64,000 nt of DNA from positions 64,001-128,000 of the IMG/VR virus record IMGVR_UViG_3300011989_000257, one strand, 5' to 3'. Made by a program: the position numbers and the translations under genes. How positions within the stretch are numbered: position 1 is the stretch's first letter; each line of letters begins with the position of its first letter. The stretch comes from a virus. Its lineage: Duplodnaviria; Caudoviricetes. Under the pieces are notes generated by a model that saw nothing but the letters and a program-made list of their open reading frames with translations, ran no database searches and was not told where the DNA came from. Shown one piece after another: positions 37,753 to 48,229 of this stretch.

Positions 37753-40263
37753 ATGAGTAAGAAGAACGAAATTAACTACACAATCGAACTAAATGGGGTA
37801 TTAGACTATATGTCAACAGTGTTGTTAAATGAATTTCCAACAGATGTATTAACCCCAGAGTATTTGATACTTGCTATCCTAGATACAAGGGATTCTCATG
37901 CGAATCTTATTTTGGACAATTGTTTGATGTCTAATAACATTGATGAGTTAAGGAAAGTATATGTTGAAGTGATAAACTCGCATATAAACCCACAGTTAAA
38001 GGATGGAAACGTTAGATTTAACGATGAATTGATACGAATATTGGATTGTGCGAGGATAGAATCTGAGAAACTTAATAATTCACAAGTTGGGAGCGAGCAT
38101 GTTTTGCTTGCAATATTAAACAAAGAAAACAATTTTAAGGAAGAAAATGTATTTAGTAAATTCATGTTACAATATGAATTCATATTTAATAAATGTGATG
38201 TAAATACTGCAAATCAAGAAAAAGAAACTAAAACTAATAAATTGAAGCCAAAGAAAATAACCAAGACAAAACCAAAAAACGATATACCATTGAAGAGTCA
38301 AGTTAATACAAAAACAATTACAACAGACTTATCTTCCAATTCAGTAATTGAACAGTTTACCACTAGTTTGAACAAAATGGCGAATAACGGACAGATTGAT
38401 GATATAATTGGAAGAAGAGATGAAATAGAAGAAATCATACAAGTTCTATCAAGGCGAAAGAAGAATAATGCAATATTAGTCGGTAAAGGGGGTGTAGGAA
38501 AAACCCAAATTGTCTACGGTATTGCCAAGATGATTGAGGAGAACAAAGTTCCAAATGTACTTGAAGATAAAGAGATTGTAATGCTTAACCCAATGGCACT
38601 TGTAAGTGGCACACATTTCAGGGGAATGTTTGAAGAGAGGATGAAAAACCTAATTGATGCACTTCAGTCTTCAAATAGATATATTTTATTCATTGATGAT
38701 ATCCATACTGTTTTAAAGAGTGGTAGCAAGGAAAAGGATGGCGATATAAGTGGTATGATTGGAGATTTACTTTCGGAGGGAACTGTAAAAGTAATTGCAA
38801 CTACTACATTCAAAGAATACAGAAATGCAATCGAATCAAACACACAGATTTCTAGAAAATTCCAAAAAATTGTAATAGAATCTGCAACAATTGAGGAATC
38901 CATTAATATCTTGAAACAAAACAAGCGATATTATGAAGACTACCATAATGTGTCTTACAGTGATGAAGCAATTGAAAAAGCAGTTAAACTAGCAGATAGA
39001 TATATTACAGATAGAAGTTTGCCAGATTCAGCATTTGACCTCATTGACCTTGCAGGAGCAAAGACAACACTTATTGACAGAGAGCCAATTGAGATACAAA
39101 ATACAAAGAAAAGAATGAGACAAATCGAAGAAGATAAGAATGAAGCTCTTAATAATGGAGACTTTGAAAAAATAGATTCATTGACCATTGAAGAAAATGT
39201 TCTTGCATCAGACCTTGCAGATTATAAGAGAGATATCAATAATCTTAAGTTAGCAAAAATTAATATCACAGAAAGCGATATTGCAGATGTTGTATCTGAG
39301 GTTACAAAAATACCTGTAAGTAAACTAAACACCAATGAAAAGAGCAAAATTGCGCATATTGATGAAGTACTGAAGAAGAGTGTGATTGGGCAAGATGAAG
39401 CAGTCGATGCTGTATGTAGGGTTATTAAAAGAAATAAAGTAGGACTTGGAGATAAAGCAAAAACTATGGCTAACCTATTATTCGTAGGTCCTACTGGTTC
39501 TGGAAAAACTCTAATAGCAAAGAAATTAGCAGAAGAAATCTTTGGTGATGAAAATGCTTTAATCAGAATAGACATGTCTGAATATTCAGAAAAGAACTCA
39601 GTTGCAAAATTAACTGGTGCTGCACCAGGATATATTGGATACGAGAATGGTGGGCAACTTACCGAAGCCATTAAGCATAAACAGCATTGCGTATTATTGC
39701 TTGATGAAATTGAAAAGGCTGACCAAGAAGTATATAATATATTTCTACAATTATTTGACGAAGGAAGACTTACAGATAGTTCAGGACAAATTGTTAATTT
39801 TAAAAACGTAATTGTTCTTATGACATCAAATATCGGTGCTAGAAAGGCAGCAGAACTAGGAAATGGAGTAGGATTTGTCAACAATGAGGATTCTAATAAA
39901 AAGTCAATTATAGACAAAGAACTTAAAAAGAAGTTTACTCCAGAATTTCTTAATAGATTGGACCAAATAATATATTTTAATAATTTATCTAATGATAATT
40001 TAAAAAATATAGTTAAATTAGAAATAAATAAATTTAATAATAGATTAAATAATATTAATTATAATATAGTATATAGCGATGACGTAGTAGACTATATACA
40101 TGTAGAGGCTGTAAAGAAAAAGGAATTTGGAGCAAGACCAATAATAAGACTAATCCAAGATAACATTGAGGACAAGATAACTGACTTAATGCTTGAAAAT
40201 GATTATCAACCTAATTATACGTTCAGTGCCTCTTGCGAAAATGATAAGATAGTTATAAAATGA
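37753..40263 (+). CDS. clpC: ClpC-like AAA+ Clp protease ATPase subunit
   Basis: Clp N-repeats, RRKKNN..LVGKGGVGKT, LFIDDIH, LPDSAFDL, GPTGSGKT, RIDMSEYSE, LLDEIEKA, a GVGF ClpP-docking-type loop, FGARP. Confidence 0.9.
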   Translation: MSKKNEINYTIELNGVLDYMSTVLLNEFPTDVLTPEYLILAILDTRDSHANLILDNCLMSNNIDELRKVYVEVINSHINPQLKDGNVRFNDELIRILDCARIESEKLNNSQVGSEHVLLAILNKENNFKEENVFSKFMLQYEFIFNKCDVNTANQEKETKTNKLKPKKITKTKPKNDIPLKSQVNTKTITTDLSSNSVIEQFTTSLNKMANNGQIDDIIGRRDEIEEIIQVLSRRKKNNAILVGKGGVGKTQIVYGIAKMIEENKVPNVLEDKEIVMLNPMALVSGTHFRGMFEERMKNLIDALQSSNRYILFIDDIHTVLKSGSKEKDGDISGMIGDLLSEGTVKVIATTTFKEYRNAIESNTQISRKFQKIVIESATIEESINILKQNKRYYEDYHNVSYSDEAIEKAVKLADRYITDRSLPDSAFDLIDLAGAKTTLIDREPIEIQNTKKRMRQIEEDKNEALNNGDFEKIDSLTIEENVLASDLADYKRDINNLKLAKINITESDIADVVSEVTKIPVSKLNTNEKSKIAHIDEVLKKSVIGQDEAVDAVCRVIKRNKVGLGDKAKTMANLLFVGPTGSGKTLIAKKLAEEIFGDENALIRIDMSEYSEKNSVAKLTGAAPGYIGYENGGQLTEAIKHKQHCVLLLDEIEKADQEVYNIFLQLFDEGRLTDSSGQIVNFKNVIVLMTSNIGARKAAELGNGVGFVNNEDSNKKSIIDKELKKKFTPEFLNRLDQIIYFNNLSNDNLKNIVKLEINKFNNRLNNINYNIVYSDDVVDYIHVEAVKKKEFGARPIIRLIQDNIEDKITDLMLENDYQPNYTFSASCENDKIVIK

Positions 40264-40372
40264 TAGTTCTGTCATAATTTTTTAAATATTTTTGTAGTTA
40301 ATTAATGAAGGGGGATTCAAACGAGATTTAAATTCCCCTTTTTTGTAAAATAAGCAAAAAATCACTAAAAAA

Positions 40373-40404
40373 TTTGGTTATCTCAATTTTTTTTAGTATC
40401 TTTG
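40373..40404 (+). promoter_or_regulatory. Bacteroidota-type sigma-A promoter (same -7 box also at 41963, 42368, 42898, 43622, 45093, 49307, 50261, 53278, 55516)
   Basis: AATTTGG...TATCTTTGC; repeated before most plus-strand early/middle units. Confidence 0.75.
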
Positions 40405-40426
40405 CATTCGTAAATCAAAAATCGTT

Positions 40427-41002
40427 ATGGCGATAGATTTATGCAACAAACTCATAGACAATGATTTGACAAGAAATGAGTTGTTGGAAAGGGTCGAAAT
40501 AAAAAAGACCTCAATTGAAGATTTGGTAGAAATATGTAAAATATTGGCTAAAGCATTTAATTTGCCGAGTAATGCTGAAGCATATTACCAATTATGTAAT
40601 TCAAAAGTATTAATAGATGAGTCAGTAAAACTAATAGATAAAGAAAGCGGTGAAATATATGGACTATTAATGTTCTGTGAATACCCCATAAAAATAGGTT
40701 CTCCAATTTGTTTTTTAGAAAAGGAATTGTCAGAGTATCTCGATAAATATACTCAAGTCAATGGACATTCGTTTGTTATTGATGAGAGACTTCGTGGAAC
40801 TAATCTTGACAAAAAAATGTTATTCTACAATATTGAATTTCTTAGAGATAATTTTGACTTTATTTGGATGGGAGTTGAAAAAAGTCTTAGAACTTTACCA
40901 TATTGGCATAGACTAGGGTTTGTGGATGTATTTGAAATACCAGAAGCAACTTTTTGCCTTATCCCATTGAGCGAAAAGATGATTAAAGAATATTTATTAT
41001 AA
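40427..41002 (+). CDS. GNAT-like acetyltransferase
   Basis: FVIDERLRGTNL and YWHRLGF motifs. Confidence 0.6.
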   Translation: MAIDLCNKLIDNDLTRNELLERVEIKKTSIEDLVEICKILAKAFNLPSNAEAYYQLCNSKVLIDESVKLIDKESGEIYGLLMFCEYPIKIGSPICFLEKELSEYLDKYTQVNGHSFVIDERLRGTNLDKKMLFYNIEFLRDNFDFIWMGVEKSLRTLPYWHRLGFVDVFEIPEATFCLIPLSEKMIKEYLL

Positions 41003-41023
41003 TAGAAAAAATATTTTTTTATT

Positions 41024-41383
41024 ATGAAAAGATTCATATTATCTGAAAATGGCTTAGAGAGGTTAAAACAGAACTTAATAAGGGAAGCATGTTATGAGGA
41101 ACATGTAAGTCATGGTTCTAAATTCCTTACCGCAAATTATAAGGCAATTCCTTATGATGATGGCAAGGGGAAGATTGTTGGTGTGTTTATGAAATTGGAT
41201 AATGGACAGCCTACAAAGATGACATGTTGGAAACAAGATGTACTAGATGCATTAGATAAAGAATTTTATAATAGAATAACAAACGATACCGAAAGAAAAG
41301 GCTTCATAAGCCAATTGCTAGACGATTGGTATAATGGTGGAATTAGTAAATATGGAAGTCTGTCAAAGTACAATTTTAACTAA
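41024..41383 (+). CDS. Hypothetical late protein with degenerate leader
   Basis: MKRFILSENGLERLKQNLIRE; upstream ATATTTAT (40990-40997). Confidence 0.7.
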   Translation: MKRFILSENGLERLKQNLIREACYEEHVSHGSKFLTANYKAIPYDDGKGKIVGVFMKLDNGQPTKMTCWKQDVLDALDKEFYNRITNDTERKGFISQLLDDWYNGGISKYGSLSKYNFN

Positions 41384-41474
41384 GAGGAAAAAGTGTGACG
41401 TAACTCGCTCTCACATATCGTCACCAAATCGAATATAGCATACTATGTTCGAGCCTCACAATAAATTTTAAGTG

Positions 41475-41903
41475 ATGAGAATAATTAAACAAACCATTTT
41501 AGTGTGCGCTATGCTGATGGCATCATTAGCAGTTAATGCGCAAAAGAAAAGTGAATCATACGATTGGAATAAAGTAATTAATGCAATCGCTATGGTGGAA
41601 AGTAAGGGAAATGCTAGTGCAAAAAGTAAGGATTGTGTTGGTTTATTACAAATCAGACCAGTGTTAGTAAATGATTGTAATGAATATCTTAAATTGAAGA
41701 AAGGTAATAAACGTTATACTTTAAAGGATAGACTTAATCCAAACAAATCAAAGGAAATGTTTATACTATATCAAAAACGTTATAACCCAACAAACAACAT
41801 TGAAAAAGCAATAAGACTTTGGAATGGTGGATGTGGGTATAGTAAGGCTAAAACGGAAGATTATTATCGTAAAGTTATGAAATATTATAATGGGGGTAGT
41901 TGA
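41475..41903 (+). CDS. Secreted lysozyme-like / lytic transglycosylase (candidate endolysin)
   Basis: Signal peptide (…ASLAVNA-Q), AIAMVES catalytic Glu, GLLQI, WNGG. Confidence 0.8.
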   Translation: MRIIKQTILVCAMLMASLAVNAQKKSESYDWNKVINAIAMVESKGNASAKSKDCVGLLQIRPVLVNDCNEYLKLKKGNKRYTLKDRLNPNKSKEMFILYQKRYNPTNNIEKAIRLWNGGCGYSKAKTEDYYRKVMKYYNGGS

Positions 41904-41974
41904 GCCTCCATTTTTTTGTTTTTTTTTAACTTAAAATATTTTGAAAATAAAAATATGTTACATATCTTTGCTTC

Positions 41975-42301
41975 ATGGAAACAAAACAATTGGAATTATT
42001 CACTGAAAGTGATTTTGAGCAACAAAAGACTTATTTTAGAAAAGTGAACGACGAGTGGATTATCGTGGATAACATCAATAAATTTGGTCGTGGTAGGGAG
42101 ACTCATTATAAATTGGTAGTTCAAATGAGGAGTGGAGATATATGTGATGAAAATTCAACCCAAACAACTCCATTAAGTTGCGATGAAAAAGGTGAAAAAA
42201 TATCTGTTTCAGATTATTTTGCCTTGACCAACACTATTAAAAAACATGGAAAATATGTTTTTAACAAGAAATTAGGGAAACTCATATCGAAAAAAGGATA
42301 A
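41975..42301 (+). CDS. Hypothetical early protein
   Basis: ORF behind a TATCTTTG promoter. Confidence 0.7.
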   Translation: METKQLELFTESDFEQQKTYFRKVNDEWIIVDNINKFGRGRETHYKLVVQMRSGDICDENSTQTTPLSCDEKGEKISVSDYFALTNTIKKHGKYVFNKKLGKLISKKG

Positions 42302-42403
42302 TTCCTATTTCTCTTTGGGAAATCCCTAAATCTGCTCCATATAGTTGCAATTCCAAAAATTTATATATATCTTTGCAATAGTTATTAAAAAAAAAAATTA
42401 ATT

Positions 42404-42850
42404 ATGAAAAAGATTATCGTATTTTTAACAACATTGATAATGTGTGTTACATTATCTTCTTGTGTAACAACAGTACATACACAAGACGATGCATACTTTG
42501 ATGGCGAAGTTGATGCAACAATAGTCATGTCATATGGCAAGCCGTATGTAGTAAATAACATGATTGAATACTATTTCTATAGAGGATGGTATTATTATCC
42601 ACGTTGGACTGATAATTCTTATTACTTCCATAGATATAGGAGACCTCTACCAAGTGGTGTGTTCTATGATTGGTACAGACCAATACCAACACAAAGACTA
42701 AAATACCATCGTCCAGGACACGGATACTATCACAAGTATGTGCCAAGGCATAATAATATAGGTACGCACGTAAGAAGACCACACGGACATGCTAACATAA
42801 GTCCTAGAGTTAGCAGTCATAGCAAACCAAGATTAGGCGGTATACGTTAA
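42404..42850 (+). CDS. Lipoprotein, Tyr/His/Arg/Pro-rich
   Basis: Signal peptide with lipobox LSS-C. Confidence 0.7.
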   Translation: MKKIIVFLTTLIMCVTLSSCVTTVHTQDDAYFDGEVDATIVMSYGKPYVVNNMIEYYFYRGWYYYPRWTDNSYYFHRYRRPLPSGVFYDWYRPIPTQRLKYHRPGHGYYHKYVPRHNNIGTHVRRPHGHANISPRVSSHSKPRLGGIR

Positions 42851-42964
42851 TTTTTAAAAAAAATCTCTAAAAATTTGGAATTCTCAAAAATTGTCTATAT
42901 CTTTGCAATGTCAAACACTTAGTTGACACATGTGATATAATATAAAGTAATTTTAATTAAGATT

Positions 42965-43483
42965 ATGGAAAAGAAAATTAATGTTTTTGTAGTCGCATTC
43001 CCAAGCATGGAAGATGTTGTGAACAAGATTAAAGATGCTATTGAGGATGTATTCGAAAAGCCAAAGGCAAAATGTTGCGATTACGACGATGAGGAAGATG
43101 ATGTACCAGAGGATTTGACACCTCCAAGATTCAGAAATCATTCGTTTATGCCACCAGCACCTATTCCACAATGGGGAATTGGAGGAAAACCAGCAGATGA
43201 GAACCTAAGATTTGGTGCAGAATTTGCCATCGATGAGCCAAGAAGGTCAGATTATGACAATCGTGAAGATTTTGAGTATGACCATCAGTTGTATGACGAG
43301 TTCGTTAGTGCTGGCGAGGATTGTGTTGAACGTGGTCTTGCGAGACCAGAAGGTGTAACAGCTCACAGATGCAATGCTATCCGTAAGAAGCTGAATGAAG
43401 CACCCCCAATGAGAGACGAGATTCCAGGAGGAGAACTAATTGGAGAAACGGACTGGTGGAACGAAGACGATTGGGACTTCTAA
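42965..43483 (+). CDS. Acidic hypothetical early protein
   Basis: Own promoter and terminator. Confidence 0.7.
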   Translation: MEKKINVFVVAFPSMEDVVNKIKDAIEDVFEKPKAKCCDYDDEEDDVPEDLTPPRFRNHSFMPPAPIPQWGIGGKPADENLRFGAEFAIDEPRRSDYDNREDFEYDHQLYDEFVSAGEDCVERGLARPEGVTAHRCNAIRKKLNEAPPMRDEIPGGELIGETDWWNEDDWDF

Positions 43484-43489
43484 ACAAAA

Positions 43490-43529
43490 AAAAAATAAGA
43501 GATACATTAGCGTGTATCTCTTATTTTTT
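43490..43529 (+). terminator. Intrinsic terminator
   Basis: aaaataagagataca...tgtatctcttatttttt. Confidence 0.75.
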
Positions 43530-43644
43530 GTATCACACTGTCAGTAGATGTAAATAATACATTGTTGAGAAGAATATTAATATTTAATAACATTTTTTTT
43601 GGTTTTTACAAAATTTTTCTATATATTTGCAAAAAAATAATGCT

Positions 43645-43854
43645 ATGGAAGAATTAATATTTGACAAAATATTAGATGGAGAATCTTTAGTTAAAGAAAT
43701 ACTAAAATCTCATGGATATATCTCAGATGAAAATGGAAATGAATATTGGTGGAATACCATTGATAAGACAAAGAAGTACCAAGTGAGGAAATATGAGTAT
43801 GATAGAGCACTTCAAGATTATTCAGTTATTTCTTACAAGATAAAAGAGTTATAA
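43645..43854 (+). CDS. Hypothetical protein
   Basis: ATG at 43645 after the TATATTTG promoter. Confidence 0.6.
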   Translation: MEELIFDKILDGESLVKEILKSHGYISDENGNEYWWNTIDKTKKYQVRKYEYDRALQDYSVISYKIKEL

Positions 43855-43858
43855 TGTT

Positions 43859-44686
43859 ATGGCTAAGAAAGATAGTTTAGGAGATAGAATGAAAGAGTAT
43901 TACGAGAATAGGGCTAAGACTTATCTCGTAAGAAGGATGCCAGTTATTATCAGATTAGATGGATGTCATTTTCATACATTCACAAGAGGTTTTGTGAAAC
44001 CATTTGACAAACGACTATTAGAAACAATGCAAGAAACAACACTTGCATTATGTGAAAGTATCCAAGGTTGTGTTTTTGGGTATACACAATCTGATGAAAT
44101 AACACTTGTGCTAGTTGATTATAACACGATTATCACAAATGCTTGGTACGATTATCAAGTTGAAAAAATGTGCTCAGTATCTGCTGCAATGGCTACATTA
44201 TATTTTAACAAAATATTTCGTAGAAAAATTCATGAATTCACCAATAAGCATTATGGTGTATTAACTGATGTAAAAACATATGGTGAAGAATTAGTGAATT
44301 CTGTGGACAAATTATTAAAATCATATAATAGGGCTATTGAACAAGGTGCATTATTCGATTCAAGATGCTTCAATATTCCAATTTCAGAAGTTTGCAATTG
44401 TATCCTTTGGCGTGAAAAAGATGCTGAAAGAAATAGCATAAACGGTTTAGGCCAATCAATGTTTTCCCATAAAGAACTTCAAAATAAGAATACAAGACAA
44501 GTTCAAGATATGCTATTTGAAAAATATGGCATTAATTGGAATAATCTAACAACAGTTGAAAAACGTGGAACTGCGGTTGTTAAAGATGAAAATGGTAAAT
44601 GGACTATTGATGAGGAAATGCCAATACTAACTGGAGAAGGGCGTACATACGTTGAATCTAGAATTATTTTTGATGACAAAGAATGA
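43859..44686 (+). CDS. tRNA(His) guanylyltransferase Thg1-like 3'-5' polymerase
   Basis: RLDGCHFHTFT..F.KPFD, YTQSDEI, FDSR, WRE.DA.RNS, KRG motifs. Confidence 0.9.
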   Translation: MAKKDSLGDRMKEYYENRAKTYLVRRMPVIIRLDGCHFHTFTRGFVKPFDKRLLETMQETTLALCESIQGCVFGYTQSDEITLVLVDYNTIITNAWYDYQVEKMCSVSAAMATLYFNKIFRRKIHEFTNKHYGVLTDVKTYGEELVNSVDKLLKSYNRAIEQGALFDSRCFNIPISEVCNCILWREKDAERNSINGLGQSMFSHKELQNKNTRQVQDMLFEKYGINWNNLTTVEKRGTAVVKDENGKWTIDEEMPILTGEGRTYVESRIIFDDKE

Positions 44687-44889
44687 AGTATAAGGAAATA
44701 AATGGGGTTGTGCATGTAATGGACGGTGATACAGTACTTGCAAGATATGAGGTTGATTATCATTGGACTGAAAAGAATGTGTCAGTTAAAGATGGGCAAC
44801 TATGTATACGCTTGTACAATAGAATGAAAGGGTATCTTGACTGCAAGATACCTTTAACTAACGATACTATTCAAAAAATACCACAATGA
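44683..44889 (+). CDS. Hypothetical protein
   Basis: ATGA overlap with the upstream gene. Confidence 0.6.
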   Translation: MKYKEINGVVHVMDGDTVLARYEVDYHWTEKNVSVKDGQLCIRLYNRMKGYLDCKIPLTNDTIQKIPQ

Positions 44890-45044
44890 AAATGAAGTTG
44901 GTCAGTAAACCTAGTTGCTTTGGAGACATGCTGTCATTCTGCGAATGCACATGGACGCATTCATATTGTCCATTCATGGAAAAATGTGAGGAAAAAGCTG
45001 AAATAGCTGAAGAGGAATATAGGTATTGGCATCGTATTCCTTAA
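44886..45044 (+). CDS. Small Cys-rich protein (52 aa)
   Basis: ATGA overlap; MKMKLVSKPSCFGDMLSFCECTWTHSYCPFMEKC...; below the ORF-track cutoff. Confidence 0.5.
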   Translation: MKMKLVSKPSCFGDMLSFCECTWTHSYCPFMEKCEEKAEIAEEEYRYWHRIP

Positions 45045-45125
45045 ATAATGTTAAAAATTGGGTTAGTTTTTGGCTAATCCAATTTTTTTTCATATATTTG
45101 CATCATAATTTAATAACATTTTATT

Positions 45126-45395
45126 ATGAATATTGAACAATTAGACAGAGGTAACAAAATTCTTAGACAAATTAAAGAATTAAAAGAAAGTAAAGAAGAT
45201 TTGTTAAATAACTATTGTACATATGTTAAGAATGATTGTGATAACGGTATTTCAATTTCATTTAGACGAAATGAAAGTTATCGTGTTGTCACATTTAGAC
45301 TTAGTAATGAAGAAATAAAAGAGGTATATGACCTTTTAAATGGTCTTTTTGATAAAAAGATAAGGGCTGCACAAAAAGAATTTGATGAAATATGA
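45126..45395 (+). CDS. Hypothetical protein
   Basis: ORF behind a host-type promoter. Confidence 0.65.
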   Translation: MNIEQLDRGNKILRQIKELKESKEDLLNNYCTYVKNDCDNGISISFRRNESYRVVTFRLSNEEIKEVYDLLNGLFDKKIRAAQKEFDEI

Positions 45396-45898
45396 TGGAA
45401 AAAATTGACAATTCATTAATGGTTGAATGTCCCAAATGTGGCCATTTTTTCAACGAAAAAGAAGCAAAGCCTCTGAAAGGAAAAGATAGATTTAAGGGAA
45501 AATATAAAGAAGCAAATGAATATTGGGGGTATTGCCCACATTGTGGCGGTACATTATCACTTGCACAATTAACATCAGTTAAGGATTATTTCAAAGGGTT
45601 TGAGGAAGATAACCCAAATTGGAAGGAACATTTAACTGATTCAACATATCATGAAATAGCTGATTGGTTTGCAAGGGATGAGGGATATGAGTTTGATGAT
45701 GAAAAGGGGTATCCAGAACAAGTGGAAGAATTTGTAACTTGCGTATGGAAAGAAATATGTCCGCAAGCATATGATACCACCGAATATGTTAAAATTCCAA
45801 AGAATTTCGTTGAGGAATTGATATCATTTGTAAAAGATACCGCATTTGAAGGAAATTCGTTTGCAGAACAGTTGATTAAAAAATACGATTTAAAGTGA
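45392..45898 (+). CDS. Zinc-ribbon protein
   Basis: CPKC...CPHC. Confidence 0.7.
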   Translation: MMEKIDNSLMVECPKCGHFFNEKEAKPLKGKDRFKGKYKEANEYWGYCPHCGGTLSLAQLTSVKDYFKGFEEDNPNWKEHLTDSTYHEIADWFARDEGYEFDDEKGYPEQVEEFVTCVWKEICPQAYDTTEYVKIPKNFVEELISFVKDTAFEGNSFAEQLIKKYDLK

Positions 45899-45999
45899 AA
45901 GATACATTTCAAACAATTACAGATGACAAGAATAGAGGTAAATAAATATATGGTTATATTTTTACTAATATAGTTATATTTATATTAAAATAGTATATT

Positions 46000-46956
46000 A
46001 TGGTAAAAAGAAAACCTATTAAATGGAATAGAAAAAATTGTGAAGAAGTAGCAAAGACATGCAAAAGTAAATCTGAATTTAATAAAAAATATCCAGGTGC
46101 ATATAAAGAATCCAAATTATGTGGATGGTTTGATGAAATAACAAAACATCTCACACCAATTGGAAATAGATATAAAAGATGTATATATGCATATGAATTC
46201 TCAGACAAATGTGTATATGTTGGCTTAACGTGTAATTTAAAAAAAAGAAATGTACAGCATAAAACAAAAACAGATAGCGCAGTATACCAACATATAAAAG
46301 AAACAAATGAACACCCAAATCCAAAACAGCTAACCGATTATATTGATTATTTGGAAGCATCTAAAAAAGAGGGAGAAATATTAAATGAATACATTAATAA
46401 TGGGTGGAAAAGTCTAAATAGAAGAGATACTGGAGGACTTGGTTCTTCATTTGAAAGAAAAGAAAAAATAAGGAAAAAACGTATCAATGGCTATTGGACA
46501 TTAGATAAATGTAAAGAAGAAGCATTAAAATATGATTTTAGGATTGACTTTATCAATAACTCCCCAACAGCATATAGCATAGCCCATAAAAATGGGTGGT
46601 TAGATGAAGTAACAAAACATATGAACTATAAATCTAGACAGATTTGGACAAAAGAAGAGGCGTTTAGAGAAGCATTAAAGTATAATACCAAAACAGATTT
46701 TATAAATAGTTCAAATGGATGCTATCAAGTTTGTCTTAAAAATGGGTGGCTAGATGAAGTTTCTTCTCATATGATTTCTTTGGTAGAAAAAAGAAAAATA
46801 TACAATGAAGATATTGTAAAAAAAGAGGTTTCTAAACATAGAATAATGGAAGAACTAAAAAAATCTAATGACAAATTTACTAGAGGATGTTATTGGTGGT
46901 TAAAGAAAAATAAATTATTAGCGGAATACAAGAAATATTTAAATGGAAACATTTGA
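46000..46956 (+). mobile_element. Free-standing GIY-YIG homing endonuclease-like gene
   Basis: CIYAYEF...VYVGLT...R..QH...E...N catalytic pattern plus three or four W-x-x-E...KY...F...GW.DE..H repeats; AT-richer than its neighbours. Confidence 0.8.
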
Positions 46957-48229
46957 TAAAATCATAAAAGAAAAAAGATTGCTTTATGAGTACATCAGGG
47001 GTAGCCATCTGTACAATTTACAAATGGAAGATGGGTCTTCAGATGTTGATACTAGTGCAGTATTTATTGCACCAAAAGAAACAATTATGGGTCTTGGATT
47101 GGATTACTCAGACCAAGTATCAGATGAAAAAAATGATAACACTTGGTATGAGATTGGCAAATTCTGCAATATGCTGTTAAAATCAAACCCAACAGTATTA
47201 GAGGCTTTGTTTGTTCCAGAGGATAAAATCGTTACGCCCCCTTCAGACATTATTATGCCTTTGATTGAGAATAGAGACCAATTCATAACAAAGGAATGCT
47301 TCAAACCTTTTGTGTCATATGCAATCGAACAAATTCATAAAGCAAGAGGGTTGAATAAGAAGATTGTTAATCCAGTCACAGAAAGACTCACACCATTTGA
47401 CTTTGCTTATACATTCTATAAACAAGGTAGCACTAAGATTGCTAATTGGCTAAATAATCGTGGTCTTGATAAGGATTTCTGTGGGTTAGTACATATCCCA
47501 AATATGCATGATACATATGGAGTATATTATGATTGGGGAGCACACTTTCAACATTATGGAATTGGGTATGATAAACTTGAACTTGCTACATTTGGCGCTA
47601 ATCCATTTGGTTTAATCCTTTTTGGATGGTTCGGTTATGGAAGAACTACTGAAATGGAACGAAACTGTGCATCTTTCATTAAAGAGTTTTATGGCATTAA
47701 GAATAAACAAGAACTAAGACAATGGTACGAAAAGCATAATGAAGTTATACATTATCGTGGAATGTGCCTTGAGAATTCTACTGATATGCGTGGTTCATCA
47801 GTTTCAAAAGGCGAAAAGCCGTTATGCCACATGGTATATAATGAAAGCGGATTTAAAGACCATTGTAAAAAATATAAAGAGTATAAGGATTGGGAGAAAA
47901 ATCGTAATCCAAAACGATATGAATCAAATCTCAACAAGAATTATGATAGCAAGAACATGTGCCACACTATGAGACTCATACACATGGGTTATGAGATTGC
48001 TAATGGGCAAGGTATTATTCTTGACAGAAATATTGCTGGTGACAAAGACTTGCTAATGAAAATTAGAAATCATAGTTTTGAATATGATGAACTAATTAAA
48101 ATGGTTGATGCTGATAAAGAAAAGCTTGATAAGGCTATTGCTGAGTCAACAATCAAGGAAAAGATTGATGTTAATTTCGTGAATGATTTATTAATCGATA
48201 TTAGGAAAAAAGCATATGGGTTGTTTTAA
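46943..48229 (+). CDS. Predicted nucleotidyltransferase (YcgL/NrdC.11-like)
   Basis: GSHLYNL....SDVD, KSNPTVLE.LF, YDSKNMCH..RL, L..IR motifs. Confidence 0.8.
   Translation: METFDKIIKEKRLLYEYIRGSHLYNLQMEDGSSDVDTSAVFIAPKETIMGLGLDYSDQVSDEKNDNTWYEIGKFCNMLLKSNPTVLEALFVPEDKIVTPPSDIIMPLIENRDQFITKECFKPFVSYAIEQIHKARGLNKKIVNPVTERLTPFDFAYTFYKQGSTKIANWLNNRGLDKDFCGLVHIPNMHDTYGVYYDWGAHFQHYGIGYDKLELATFGANPFGLILFGWFGYGRTTEMERNCASFIKEFYGIKNKQELRQWYEKHNEVIHYRGMCLENSTDMRGSSVSKGEKPLCHMVYNESGFKDHCKKYKEYKDWEKNRNPKRYESNLNKNYDSKNMCHTMRLIHMGYEIANGQGIILDRNIAGDKDLLMKIRNHSFEYDELIKMVDADKEKLDKAIAESTIKEKIDVNFVNDLLIDIRKKAYGLF

Noticed and set aside
45946-46956. Group I intron around the GIY-YIG ORF
   Set aside because: There is no room for a ribozyme core: the ORF overlaps the next gene and the upstream gap is about 55 nt of AT-rich sequence.
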